Positions 1 through 10,864 of a stretch of 64,000 nt of DNA are shown here, piece after piece; the first letter of the stretch is position 1, and each line of letters begins with the position of its first letter. The position numbers were made by a program, and so were the translations under genes. The notes below the pieces were generated by a model, which was not told where the DNA came from, did no database searches, and saw nothing but the letters and a program-made list of their open reading frames with translations. Origin of the DNA: Macrostomum lignano (taxonomy: Eukaryota); NCBI GenBank assembly GCA_002269645.1, contig NIVC01001403.1, forward strand, positions 62,001 to 126,000, in the 5' to 3' direction.

Positions 1-120
1 AGAGAGACGTGGAGTGTCTATGGTAGAGAGACGTGGGGTGTCTATGCTAGAGAGACATGGAGTGTCTATGCTAGAGAGACGTGGGGTGCCTATGCTAGAG
101 AGACGTCGGGTGTCTATGGT
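1..120. repeat. 24-bp tandem repeat (AGAGAGACGTGGRGTGTCTATGST), about 5 copies, truncated by the window edge
   Basis: Unit read directly from the sequence. Confidence 0.9.
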
Positions 121-157
121 TGGTTGCGCGGAAAAGTTTCTTTTTTAAATTTGTATT

Positions 158-687
158 CTGAGGTGTGGGAATCGGGACTGGGGTGTGGGAATCGGGACTG
201 GGGTGTGGGAATCGGGACTGGGGTGTGGGAATCGGGACTGAGGTGTGGGAATCGGGACTGAGGTGTGGGAATCGGGGCTGGGGTGTGGGAATCGGGACTG
301 AGGTTTGGGAATCGGGGCTGGGGTGTGGGAATCGGGACTGAGGTTTGGGAATCGGGACTGAGGTTTGGGAATCGGGACTGAGGTGTGGGAATCGGGACTG
401 GGGTGTGGGAATCGGGACTGAGGTGTGGGAATCGGGACTGAGGTGTGGGAATCGGGGCTGGGGTGTGGGAATCGGGACTGAGGTTTGGGAATCGGGACTG
501 AGGTGTGGGAATCGGGACTGGGGTGTGGGAATCGGGACTGAGGTGTGGGAATCGGGACTGAGGTGTGGGAATCGGGACTGAGGTTTGGGAATCGGGACTG
601 AGGTGTGGGAATCGGGACTGGGGTGTGGGAATCGGGACTGAGGTTTGGGAATCGGGACTGAGGTGTGGGAATCGGGACTGGGGTGTG
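158..687. repeat. 20-bp minisatellite (CTGRGGTKTGGGAATCGGGA), about 26 copies
   Basis: Direct periodicity; it generates the artefactual ORFs 95..751, 114..857 and 345..581. Confidence 0.95.
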
Positions 688-1309
688 AGGTCAGAGAAGT
701 GTGCACATCGATGACTCGCAATCGTGTCGGAGTGTCTGATGCGATTAACAATGGTTAAACAAAAAATTGACAAGTTAATTGCCCTGCGTGAGCACGTCAG
801 AGCAATTAATATTAGTATATTAGTAAAGACAATTAATTTCGGTATAATTAAAACCACATCTGGGCCAGTCGAATGTCCAGATTAATGGGGAAAAACTTTT
901 TCCTCTAAACTAACAATTAAAAAAAAATCTTCCGCAGCACTGGGAACTACGCAATCTAGGAACTACAGACACATACATGTATCTATATCTCGCGGAAATT
1001 AAGCTACAAAAATATTAATATATCATAATTCAGTAAACCTGCCAGTTGAGTAATTTACAACAAGCGAACAGTATAGAGTATAGGTGTTAGCGACATGCTG
1101 AGGATTACGTGATCAAGTGATTAAATAATTAAGCAGGACACCGAGAGGTGCAGTCTCCTTGAGCGTAACACTTTCACTTTGGCAACGGGGGACGTAATTG
1201 ACCTGACACCCATCTAATTTGCAATTAAAATAAATAATGGTATTCATTATATCAGAAAAATAGTGATTTCTTATAACGCATCAAGAAAGAGGTGGCCACT
1301 CTCTAGAAA

Positions 1310-1650
1310 CAATGACGTCATAGTTGAGTTCAAGGTCAGTTTGAAAGCACAGAGTACTTTAAACAATGCTGTTACTTTGATTTTTTAACGACTACGCAAC
1401 CCCTTAAGGTCATTCTACACGATGACGTCATATTTCAAATAGTTTAACCCGATGAAGTCATCTTCGAATATTTTAACCCAATGATGTCATCCTTCAAATA
1501 TTTTAACCCGATGACGTCATCTTTCTTTCAAATATTTTAACACGATGACGTCATCTTTTAAATGTTTCAACTCGATGACGTCATCTTTCAAATATTTTAC
1601 CACGATGGCGTCATATTTCAAATATTTTTTAACCTGATCACGTCACAGGG
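1310..1650. repeat. Degenerate ~30-bp repeat carrying the palindrome ATGACGTCAT
   Basis: Repeated GATGACGTCATC-TTTCAAATATTTTAAC units at about 1421, 1451, 1481, 1510, 1544, 1574 and 1604. Confidence 0.8.
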
Positions 1651-1807
1651 CTGTAGCGACGTTACTAATCGTTATAATCAAGGTCGTTATGCCGTATAAA
1701 ACTGACAAGGATCATTCATGAACGGTCATTGATAATGCCGTCATAATTTCCAGAAGCAGTGAGCACACCCAGACCCTCATCTATAGCTAAAAATTGGCAA
1801 GGAAACC

Positions 1808-4256
1808 TTATTGAGGCGGCACCAGGCGCGATTTCTCGCCGTCGGTTTGTTTCGCGTTGCGACATTTTCGCACCTGTCGATAAATAAGCAAGCTGCATAC
1901 GGGCACCACGCACAGGACGCACACTATAGCCATTACCAAGGCTGTTATGAACAGGATCTCGTAGTTCTGATTGGCCTGAAAGTAGGCGCAATCCCAGGCG
2001 GATGGGGAGTACACCGTGCCGGGGTAGGGCAGCGGCCCGGTCAGATTCGAGGCCGGGACCGCCTTGGTGAAGGTGTTGCAGGTGGACTGCGCAAATCCGA
2101 TTCGGCGCTTGGCACGGTCAAAGATTACGTAATAGCCTTCCATGAGCACCGCGCCTGCGGTATCGATTGGAGGCATATTTTAAGGTCATGTTTTATGACA
2201 TGAAGTTGTATTGGTGACAGGTAGAATTGGTGACAGGTAGAAATGGTGACGGATAGAATTGGTGACAGGTAGAAATGGTGACGGATAGAATTAGTGACAG
2301 GTTGAATTGGTGACGGTTTGAATTGGTGACGGGTGGAACTGGTGACGGGTAGAACTGGTGACAGTTTGAATTGATGCACAAAAGTTCAATTAAGCTTACC
2401 AAGAATGGCACCCTTTTTCGAGCCTTGCAGACCGAACTTGAAGCAGTCCTTGCCGGGTATGTCAAACACTTCGCCAACATAGCGCAGGTACTGCTGCGGA
2501 CTGAGATGGAGATCGATCTGCTGCCGGTCTGAGTACAGCAAGCTAAATGTGAGCATAGGGAAGAGCTTCCATGGCCCGGTCTTCTCCGACAGGCAGAGCA
2601 GGGTTTCGCCCCGGTAAAACCGGTCCCCCACGCCGGTGATTTGGCTTGCTAGCTGACTGATGATTTTGGTAAAAACGCGCATTGGCAACCGGATATCCGT
2701 TGTGCCGGAGTCTACGATTGTCTTATCCATGTTGTACTCTTTGCAGTCCATGCCCAGAGAAGTGCCGTTCATTTTTATGTCAACAATTACCACTTCGTAG
2801 TACCTTTGGGAGTGCGCGTTTATTAATTTTGTGATTCTATTTTATGTTGTTTATTCATGTACATTTATTGATTTTATTGCTATTTCTGTGTACGTACAAT
2901 GTACATCTAATCATTTTCCTACCCCCTCCTCGGGCTAGAGAGGTTTCTGAAATGTACAGGGGTAAATGTACATCTACCCCCTCCTCGGGGCTCGGGCTAG
3001 AGAGATGTCGATGGAATTTACACTCGTCCATCCAACCAATTTTCCTATCCCCTTTCTCGGGCCAGAGAGGTCTGGAATGCACACACACCCATCCAATCAA
3101 TTTTCCTGCCCCTTTCCTCAAACTAGAAGTCTCTGAAATGTACACTCGCTCCTCTACCTGGTATCAGACTTTCCAAACTCCTGAGTTGAGCTAGGGACGC
3201 GTCTGAAACTCACCACTCCTTGCGAATCGGCACGTACAGCAGCGGGCCGCGCATCAGCTTCGGATCCACGCCGCCCAAAGTCAACGAGCCGTCCATGGCG
3301 TTGGAGGCATTGGAAGAAGTTGCAGCTGCACGGGTCGTGCCGCACAGTTGCAATGAGAATACATCTGTCAGGCCCCATTGCTCTACTAGGCTATCGAAGA
3401 AAGTTTTAATTTTGGGATGCGGACTGGCAATGTGGCTGTAAGCCATGCCTAGAATGCCCTGCCAATCGGCTGTGTGTATAAAAAACTTTTTACTCGAATC
3501 GATGACGGCAATGTACGGCCGAATGGTCCTATTAGGATAGAATGACATCCGAACGAGGTCGGTTGCCAGGTGGCCGTTCCAGCGGCCCTGGGTGTAGGGC
3601 ACGTACACGGACTGGCCTTGCCAGACGATGGTGGACGACTGATCCGCGTGGAAGAAGCGTTTGATGTCGCTGTGAGGCTTGCCGGCCACTGCGAAATTGC
3701 TGCTGCCAGTGTCGATGAGAATGTTGAACTGCCGGGGACATTGGTGGGTGCGCATGTTTGGGGGTTCGAGTCAGGTTATTATGGACAAGGTCTAATACCA
3801 ATTGATTGGGATTCTAACGCAAAATATCCCATACCGTCTATACCGATATACCTGTGATCCCATTCCCAATACACAATATCTCATTACAAAATTGCGTACT
3901 AAAAGTCCTAACCTAGAATAATAAAAAAATAAAAAACTAGAATGAGTAGCCAAAGAGCTCACAAACTGAGGTGGCGTGCCGATGCCCATCTCCAGACAAT
4001 AGCCCTGACCAGGCGAACCTTTCAGATTGCGCTCACTAGTCTCGAACGGTACAAAAGAGCGCTTGGAGAGCTCCTGGTAGCCGTGCACCGACTTGCCGCC
4101 GGGAATCAGGTAGCGCAGATGTCTCAGACCGATGGAGAAACCGCTTGTCCTAGCAGAGTCCTCACCAGTAGCCGAGCGTTGCAACGATGCACTAATAATG
4201 ACTATCAGACGAACTAGTGTTGTTACTGACCTCAACAGACCGATTGATGACGTCAT
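1808..4256 (-). CDS. BACE1: Beta-secretase (BACE/memapsin family A1 aspartic protease), about 519 aa, 4 exons: 4256-3963, 3728-3214, 2803-2400, 2154-1808
   Basis: Hydrophobic N-terminal leader; [30 protein letters not shown] (first catalytic DTGS); PIRKEWYYEVVIV; IVDSGTT (second catalytic Asp); GAVLMEGYYVIFDRAKRRIGFAQSTC; C-terminal TM helix. All introns are GT-AG with consistent phases (0,2,1). Confidence 0.93.
2212..2370. repeat. Degenerate 16-17-bp repeat (TGGTGACRGGTAGAAT) filling BACE intron 3
   Basis: Direct periodicity. Confidence 0.85.
2915..3160. repeat. Degenerate repeat (CCCCTCCTCGGGCTAGAGAGGTCTCTGAAATGTACA-like) in BACE intron 2
   Basis: About 4 diverged copies visible. Confidence 0.65.
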
Positions 4257-6010
4257 CCTTCTCTAAAAAGCAACGCGAGCTCTCGTTCTCCCTATCTATT
4301 ACTCGCTCTCTCGTAATTCGTTTTCGCCTAGCAAGCTTCCACTTCTCTGAGGATCTAGTCTTCAAGCAAGTAAAAAAACGTTTTAATCAATCTGAGTCGG
4401 GGCTTGTGTGCTACTACTGGGTTAAAGAAGTCAGGACAACATATTATACTGCTAAAGTGAGTGCGTGCATTGCTATTGCAGTGAAGATTTGGAATGCCAA
4501 TCCACAAGGATAATAGAAAGAAACAGATGGCCGCTGTGCCAGGCGGTGCATGCGAATGCGATCAGGTCCTCCCTTTCTCTCCACTCCCACTCGCGACTTC
4601 AATAATAAAAGACAGCCAGCCAGCCCCCGCACAAATTGGCCACGGACTGATCATGGATAAGCTAAAGCACATTAGGAAAGTTAAAGGCAGTGTTTAACTG
4701 ATCGGCCCGGCGGGGGGCGCTGGTGTACAGTGTGTGGTTCTGGGGTGGCGGGCGCAAAGGGTTTGAGTTTTATGGCGACGGGTCCAATCCCCCACGCCTC
4801 CGCGATCAGGCCGCAGCCGAACAAACTTAATAGATACCCCCACCCAATCCAAAATAGTTTCAGGGTTCAGCATAGAAAAATAGCCGAAACCCCACCAATG
4901 ACTATATTAGTTGAAATCGATTGTTGAAACCCACCACCTCACCACCACCACACTAGGCCAAAAAACAGGCGAGTTCACGCACGGTAGGCGTTCATGCGTG
5001 TCATATGCACTAATAACTCATTGATTGACTTGCAGTTGCAGGCAAAGACAATTTTGCTTCTTTCAGCTTACAGTAGCTATTTGAAAAAAGCTCGAAACTT
5101 AGTTTGAAATTGCAGTCGAAGAGCGCGTTACTCCAAGTCCTAGTCATAGGAGAACTCTCTTCCACACCAGCCATAACGTTCGCGTTTGCGCTCTCTTCTC
5201 CCGGTCGATCTTGCAGCAATTTTAGTCTGTACAAGAGAAGCTCATTTAACAATAAGCAATTGAGTTCTCCTCACAGCTAATGATATTTGCCTACAACAGC
5301 TATAATATTACTAAAAATAATACCCACGTCCCACTGCCATACAGGAGGGCAGTCTAAACTTTCAATTGATTAATCCAGTCATTAGGGGTCATTAAAACTA
5401 AAAATTACTACTTTAAGTAGTATTTCTAATAGCACGAACCGCTTTTACGATCCTTAATTGATTACAAGCTGAGAGTACTGCAAAAATCTGCTATCAACGG
5501 CTGTGAAGTCCTTGTGAATTTTAGGGGATATGATGATGAAGCTTAGGAGAAAAAAATAAAGAGATCAGATAGACGTTTTCTAGGCAAAGTTATTCTTCAT
5601 GACATTATGACAGGTTATAAAATATTAATTTTTATATTTTGCATGCCAGACAGCAAGTAAAAATGCAAAACAGAGAATAGACAATATCTTCAATGTAGTA
5701 AAACTCAGCTAACAGAAGAAATAAATTCAGAAGATACTGGTAGAATCACAGATAATATACTATTAATTATCAACAATTTACAATTGGCAAAATATGAGCA
5801 TTATGAAATTTGTTAACTGGTTCCCAGAGGTCCCGGGTTCGAATATTCAGTAACCCTATGGTTTATCCAAGGAGGAGCACCATATGACCCCACAATCCGT
5901 TGGCATCTAAGCAATACCCAACCCAATAAGCCTTTGCAACAGAGTAGCGGAAAGGTTTAATCAGCCTGCCGATATGTATCGAAAATTAGGTTTCATAGTG
6001 ACTAGAAGAG

Positions 6011-7986
6011 TCAAAGCTCTTCGTGCAGCGCCATGCCGGCATTGACCAGCTTGGACCCGATAAATACGCTATAGTGATCCAGCATCTCGGCCAGGCTCAA
6101 TGCTCCATCTTTGTTGGCGTCGGCGGCTCGCATGAGCACGGCGGCCTCCCTGGCGGCCATGGCCCGGCCCTCCGGCTGCAGGTAGGCGCGCAGTTCTTCT
6201 CGATCGGCCCGGCCGTCCCGGTTGAAATCAACTCGCTGATCGAATTCGTCCGCTCGAAGTTGCTGCTGGGCGGAGCTGTCCGCTTCCCGCTGCTGGGCCT
6301 CGCCGTCGCCGAATGGCAGCTCTTCAACGATACGCGACTCAGGCGGCGACATGAACTCGCTGCGGGTGATGATCTGCGGTGCGGTGGGGGCAACCCGATT
6401 GGGGTTGGCGGTAAAGTCAGTGGTAGAGTGGTTGAGTGAGGTCAGCGGTAGATGGGCGGGGTAGAGTCAGCGGTAGATGGGTGGGGTGGAGTCAGCGGTA
6501 GATGGGTGGGGTGCAGTCAGCGGTAGATGGGCGGGGTGGAGCCCCTACTCACCTGGTCGGCATTCCTATCCAGCGCAGCGAAGGCATCCTCCAAGCGATT
6601 CTCCAGCGTGGCGTTGCACAGTTCCGAGTGCTGGAAGCAGACGAATTCGTCCGCGTCGAGCCAGCCGTCAGCGTCAGCGTCTGCCTGAGCCCAGCGGTGA
6701 TGGTTGAGCGCCAGCTGCCTGCGATGTTCGGTTTGATAGGAAAGAATACTATTGTGTTGGCACAGTTGATTTTGAATGCGAGATGATAGTTGATGGCTGG
6801 GTCATTTAGGCTGGGATTTGGTAGGGATGGGGTATTTTGGAATAGGATTTCGTGGAGATGGGGTATTTTGGAATAGGATTTCATGGAGATGGGGTATTTT
6901 GGAATAGGATTTCGTGGAGATTCGTGGGGTATTTTGGAATAGGATTTCATGGAGATAGGGTATTTTGGAATAGGATTTCGTGGAGATAGGGTATTTTGGA
7001 ATAGGATTTCATGGGGATGGGGTATTTTGGAATAGGATTTCGTGGAGATTCGTGGGGTATTTTGGAATAGGATTTCATGGAGATGGGGTATTTTGGAATA
7101 GGATTTCATGGAGATGGGGTATTTTGGAATAGGATTTCATGGAGATGGGGTATTTTGGAATAGGATTTCGTGGAGATGGGGTATTTTGGAATAGGATTTC
7201 ATGGAGATGGGGTATTTTGGAATAGGATTTCATGGAGATGGGGTATTTTGGAATAGGATTTCGTGGAGATGGGGTATTTTGGAATAGGATTTCATGGAGA
7301 TGGGGTATTTTGGAATAGGATTTCATGGAGATGGGGTATTTTGGAATAGGATTTCATGGAGATGGGGTATTTTGGAATAGGATTTCACGGAGATGGGGTA
7401 TTTTGGAATAGGAATTCACGGGACGGGGGATCGCGCACCTGGCCTGATCGTCCGACAGCCGATAAGAGGTGACATCGTCGGCAAAGGCCAGGGCCACAGT
7501 CCGGTTGCCGGTCAGGGCGGACATCAGCTCCACCGTGTAGTGGCGAAGGCTCAGTCTCGGTGGCTGCTGCTGCTGATCCCGCTGAACCGAGGCGATCAGC
7601 GCGGCGAAGACCAGCTGGCTGGAGTTCCTGGCCGCGGCCTCGTGCTCGGCCACAGAGCCGGCGATTCTGCCGGCCAGCTCGGTCGGGCTCAGCCGGCCGT
7701 CCGAGTTGGTGTCGATGCGCGGGAATAGCGCAGTTAAAATTTTGCGCGCCTCGGCGCCGCTCGAAGGCCGGACGGAGTCGTGCGCTTCGCCGAACAGCAC
7801 TTCGCGGACGAAGTCGCGGTTAATGTGGGTGTCGGACTCCAACCGAACCGCGTCCGCGTGGTCAGCCGGGAGCAGGTGCTGCGGCAGGGTCGACTGGCTG
7901 CCGGCTTGGACGGGAGGCGAGCAGGATTTGCGTGGCAAAAGCAACAGATGCAGAAGCAGAAATTGAGACAAAACTGTCAACGGCAT
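6011..7986 (-). CDS. SDF4: 45-kDa calcium-binding protein Cab45 (CREC family, multi EF-hand), 3 exons: 7986-7439, 6718-6553, 6373-6011
   Basis: Signal peptide; LPADHADAVRLESDTHINRDF matches the Cab45 N-terminal motif; EF-hands DTNSDGRLSPTE, DADADGWLDADE, DRNADQIITRSE, DFNRDGRADREE, DANKDGALSLAE; C-terminus FIGSKLVNAGMALHEEL resembles Cab45 FTGSKLV...HEEF. Splice phases 2 and 0 are consistent. Confidence 0.9.
6420..6545. repeat. 24-bp repeat (GAGTCAGCGGTAGATGGGYGGGGT), about 5 copies, SDF4 intron 2
   Basis: Direct periodicity. Confidence 0.85.
6825..7415. repeat. 31-bp minisatellite (GGAGATGGGGTATTTTGGAATAGGATTTCRT), SDF4 intron 1
   Basis: 31-nt period, for example 7081 and 7112. Confidence 0.95.
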
Positions 7987-8074
7987 TGGCTGCGGGTTTC
8001 CCCGGCATAAGTTTGCGTGAGATAATAAACAATTCTGAAACTTAAGCCACTGTGCATTCTAGAGAATGGGCTGT

Positions 8075-9075
8075 GTGTACTCTAGGGCAGGTTAAAGGGT
8101 ATTTGAGCACTCTAGGGTAGGTTAAGGGGTATTTGAGCACTCTAGGGTAGGTTAAGGGGTATTTGAGCACTCTAGGGTAGGTTAAGGGGTATTTGAGCAC
8201 TCTAGGGTAGGTTAAATGGTATTTGAGCACTCTAGGGCAAGTCAAAGGGTATTTGAGCACTCTAGGGTAGATTAAAAAATATTTGAGCACTCTAGGGTAG
8301 TTTAGGGGTATTTGAGCACTCTAGGGTAGATTAAAGGGTATTTGAGCACTCTAGGGTAGGTTAAGGGGTATTTTAGCACTCTAGGGTGGGTCAAAGGGGA
8401 TTTGAGCACTCTAGGGTGGGTCAAAGGGGATTTGAGTACTCTAGGGTAGATTAAAGGGTATTTGAGCACTCTAGGGTAGGTTAAGGGGTATTTGAGCACT
8501 CTAGGGTGGGTCAAAGGGGATTTGAGCACTCTAGGGTGGGTCAAAGGATATTTGAGCACTCTAGGGCAAGTTAAAGGGTATTTGAGCACTCTAGGGTAGA
8601 TTAAAGGGTATTTGAGCACTCTAGGGTAGGTTAAGGGGTATTTGAGCACTCTAGGGTGGGTCAAAGGGGATTTGAGCACTCTAGGGTGGGTCAAAGGATA
8701 TTTGAGCACTCTAGGGCAAGTTAAAGGGTATTTGAGCACTCTAGGGTAGATTAAAGGGTATTTGAGCACTCTAGGGTGGGTCAAAGGGGATTTGAGCACT
8801 CTAGGGTGGGTCAAAGGATATTTGAGCACTCTAGGGCAAGTTAAAGGGTATTTGAGCACTCTAGGGTAGATTAAAGGGTATTTGAGCACTCTAGGGTAGG
8901 TTAAAGGGTATTTGAGCACTCTAGGGTAGGTTAAGGGGTATTTTAGCACTCTAGGGTGGGTCAAAGAGGATTTGAGCACTCTAGGGTGGGTCAAAGGGTA
9001 TTCGAGCATTCTAGGGTAGATTAAAGGGGATTTGAGCACTCTAGGGTGGGTCAAAGGATATTTGAGCACTATCAA
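8075..9075. repeat. 30-bp minisatellite (TATTTGAGCACTCTAGGGTAGGTTAAGGGG), upstream of SDF4
   Basis: 30-nt period, for example 8101 and 8131; source of the artefactual ORF 8302..9075. Confidence 0.95.
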
Positions 9076-9739
9076 TAGGGTGGGTCAAAGGGTATAACTG
9101 AGCAGGTTAGGTGAAAAATGGTTGCACTATTAGGCTGCCAATATAGATAAAGGGGAACAGCTCGGGCGTTGAAGTAAGCGAAGCAGTGAAAATGAACACT
9201 GCGGTATTGAATTTTATATTGTTATGTCAAAAGTAAATGATACAAGTTTCTTAAAAAAATTATGTATATAAAACAGTTATTGAACCTTTGAAGACGCGAG
9301 AGTAACATGGAAAAAGGACTTCTTGGAATACATTCTAATTAAGATATGTTGAGAATGATTCAAATTCAAACTTGTTCTGCATGCGGTCGCTGATTAATTA
9401 AGCGAGAAAATTGTCTATTGAATTATCTTTAACAGGAATAGACAAGCAATGCTTAAATAAATCATATACAGCGCATTGTACACTGGAATATTTAAATATA
9501 TATTTTACGCTAATTAGCAAATCATGAATATACAGCAAGCCTACTTACTTACAGGCCTATGACGCAGACACGGATACTAGAAAAACTAGATGGGCCAACT
9601 CAGAAACCATTTGCGTGTAAGCTACTTTCAGTTCAGTAGTAAGTTAAAAAGAAGCATTTTAATGTATTTTAAAGCCAAGGCTCAATTATTAGCTCTCACC
9701 CCCCAGCTTGAGCCGTCCGAACACGCCTTTCCACACCAT

Positions 9740-10044
9740 CCCCCCCTCGCCCCAAATTTTATTGCCTTTCTCGGAATTCCGCCCTAAAGCTGCCATGTAC
9801 ATTTCAGTGGACTGGCCAATGTACATTACTGCTGAACCAATTAGCAAGTTGTTTACGCCTGCAAGCTTGGGCTTCTAAACTTATCAAAGTCCCCCCGCCG
9901 CGCCCCAATTTATATTGCCTTTCTCGGAATTCCAGCCTAAAGCTGCCATGTACATTTCAGTGGACTGGCCAATGTACATTACTGCTGAACCAATTAGCAA
10001 GTTGTTTACGCCTGCAAGCTTGGGCTTCTAAACTTATCAAAGTC
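9740..10044. repeat. Near-perfect 153-bp tandem duplication
   Basis: ATTGCCTTTCTCGGAATTCC occurs at 9761 and 9914, and the following ~130 bp are near-identical. Confidence 0.9.
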
Positions 10045-10836
10045 ATTTTAGCTGCCTTTATTTTTATAAAATAGCTTGTATATTCGTCTTTGCTACTGAA
10101 CTGAAAGTAGAAAGCTGTTTTGCTAAGTAGTCGTATATAGGCCCGAGTGACCCATCTAGATATAGTAGTATCTGTGAGCGCAGATCGATCAACCTTAGGC
10201 ATGATTAATCGATAAATTGATTGGCAAAAATCAAATGACAGTCATTATAATAAGCACTGCTATGGGCACAAACAGACACCAAGATTGGAAGCCAGAAATC
10301 ATAATTAAGTGGCAAAAGTTTAACTTATTAAAACTTATTAACGTATTAGCTCACAGCCGAAAACAAGCATAATTAAACGAATGTCAGTATTGAACGTTTA
10401 TGTAAGAGGGAAACTTGCCAATTAGTAAAAAATCTGCTTACAGATAAAAATATCATAAAAGATAGTATTACATAAAAGCAAAGAATTATAAGCTTAATTA
10501 AAATTACTGGAATAGCAGTTTACCCTCATTTATATTGAATTCTAAATACCAAGAAAAACTCGCATATAAACACGACAGTAGTCACCCATCTTATAAAAAA
10601 GTATTCGTTAAAATCTTTAAAAACACAATAATCAATACATAGTTTGTGATGTTCTTTCTTAAAACTGAAGTTTTTTTTCCAGAAAAAACACTAGACTACT
10701 AACAGTAGCGGTATACTCCTGTAATTTATTTCGTCTTCTATTTTACTGTTTTCTACTATTATAAACCTAATAATGATCAAGTAATTTGTCGATTTCTGCT
10801 ACTATCAGTAATACAAACAGTTTTTTAAATTGATTT

Positions 10837-10842
10837 TTTATT
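10837..10842 (-). terminator. Candidate AATAAA poly(A) signal of ARP2
   Basis: AATAAA on the minus strand about 23 nt after the ARP2 stop codon. Confidence 0.55.
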
Positions 10843-10864
10843 CAAAAAGTTGGATCGATAATCC

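Noticed and set aside
95-857. Pro-rich repeat ORFs; similarly 8302..9075, 15159..16409 and 61954..63457
   Set aside because: All coincide exactly with minisatellites and have no splice or homology support.
5815-5860. tRNA gene (GGTCCCGGGTTCGAAT T-arm-like motif)
   Set aside because: No acceptor stem, D-arm or A-box can be folded; at most a SINE remnant.
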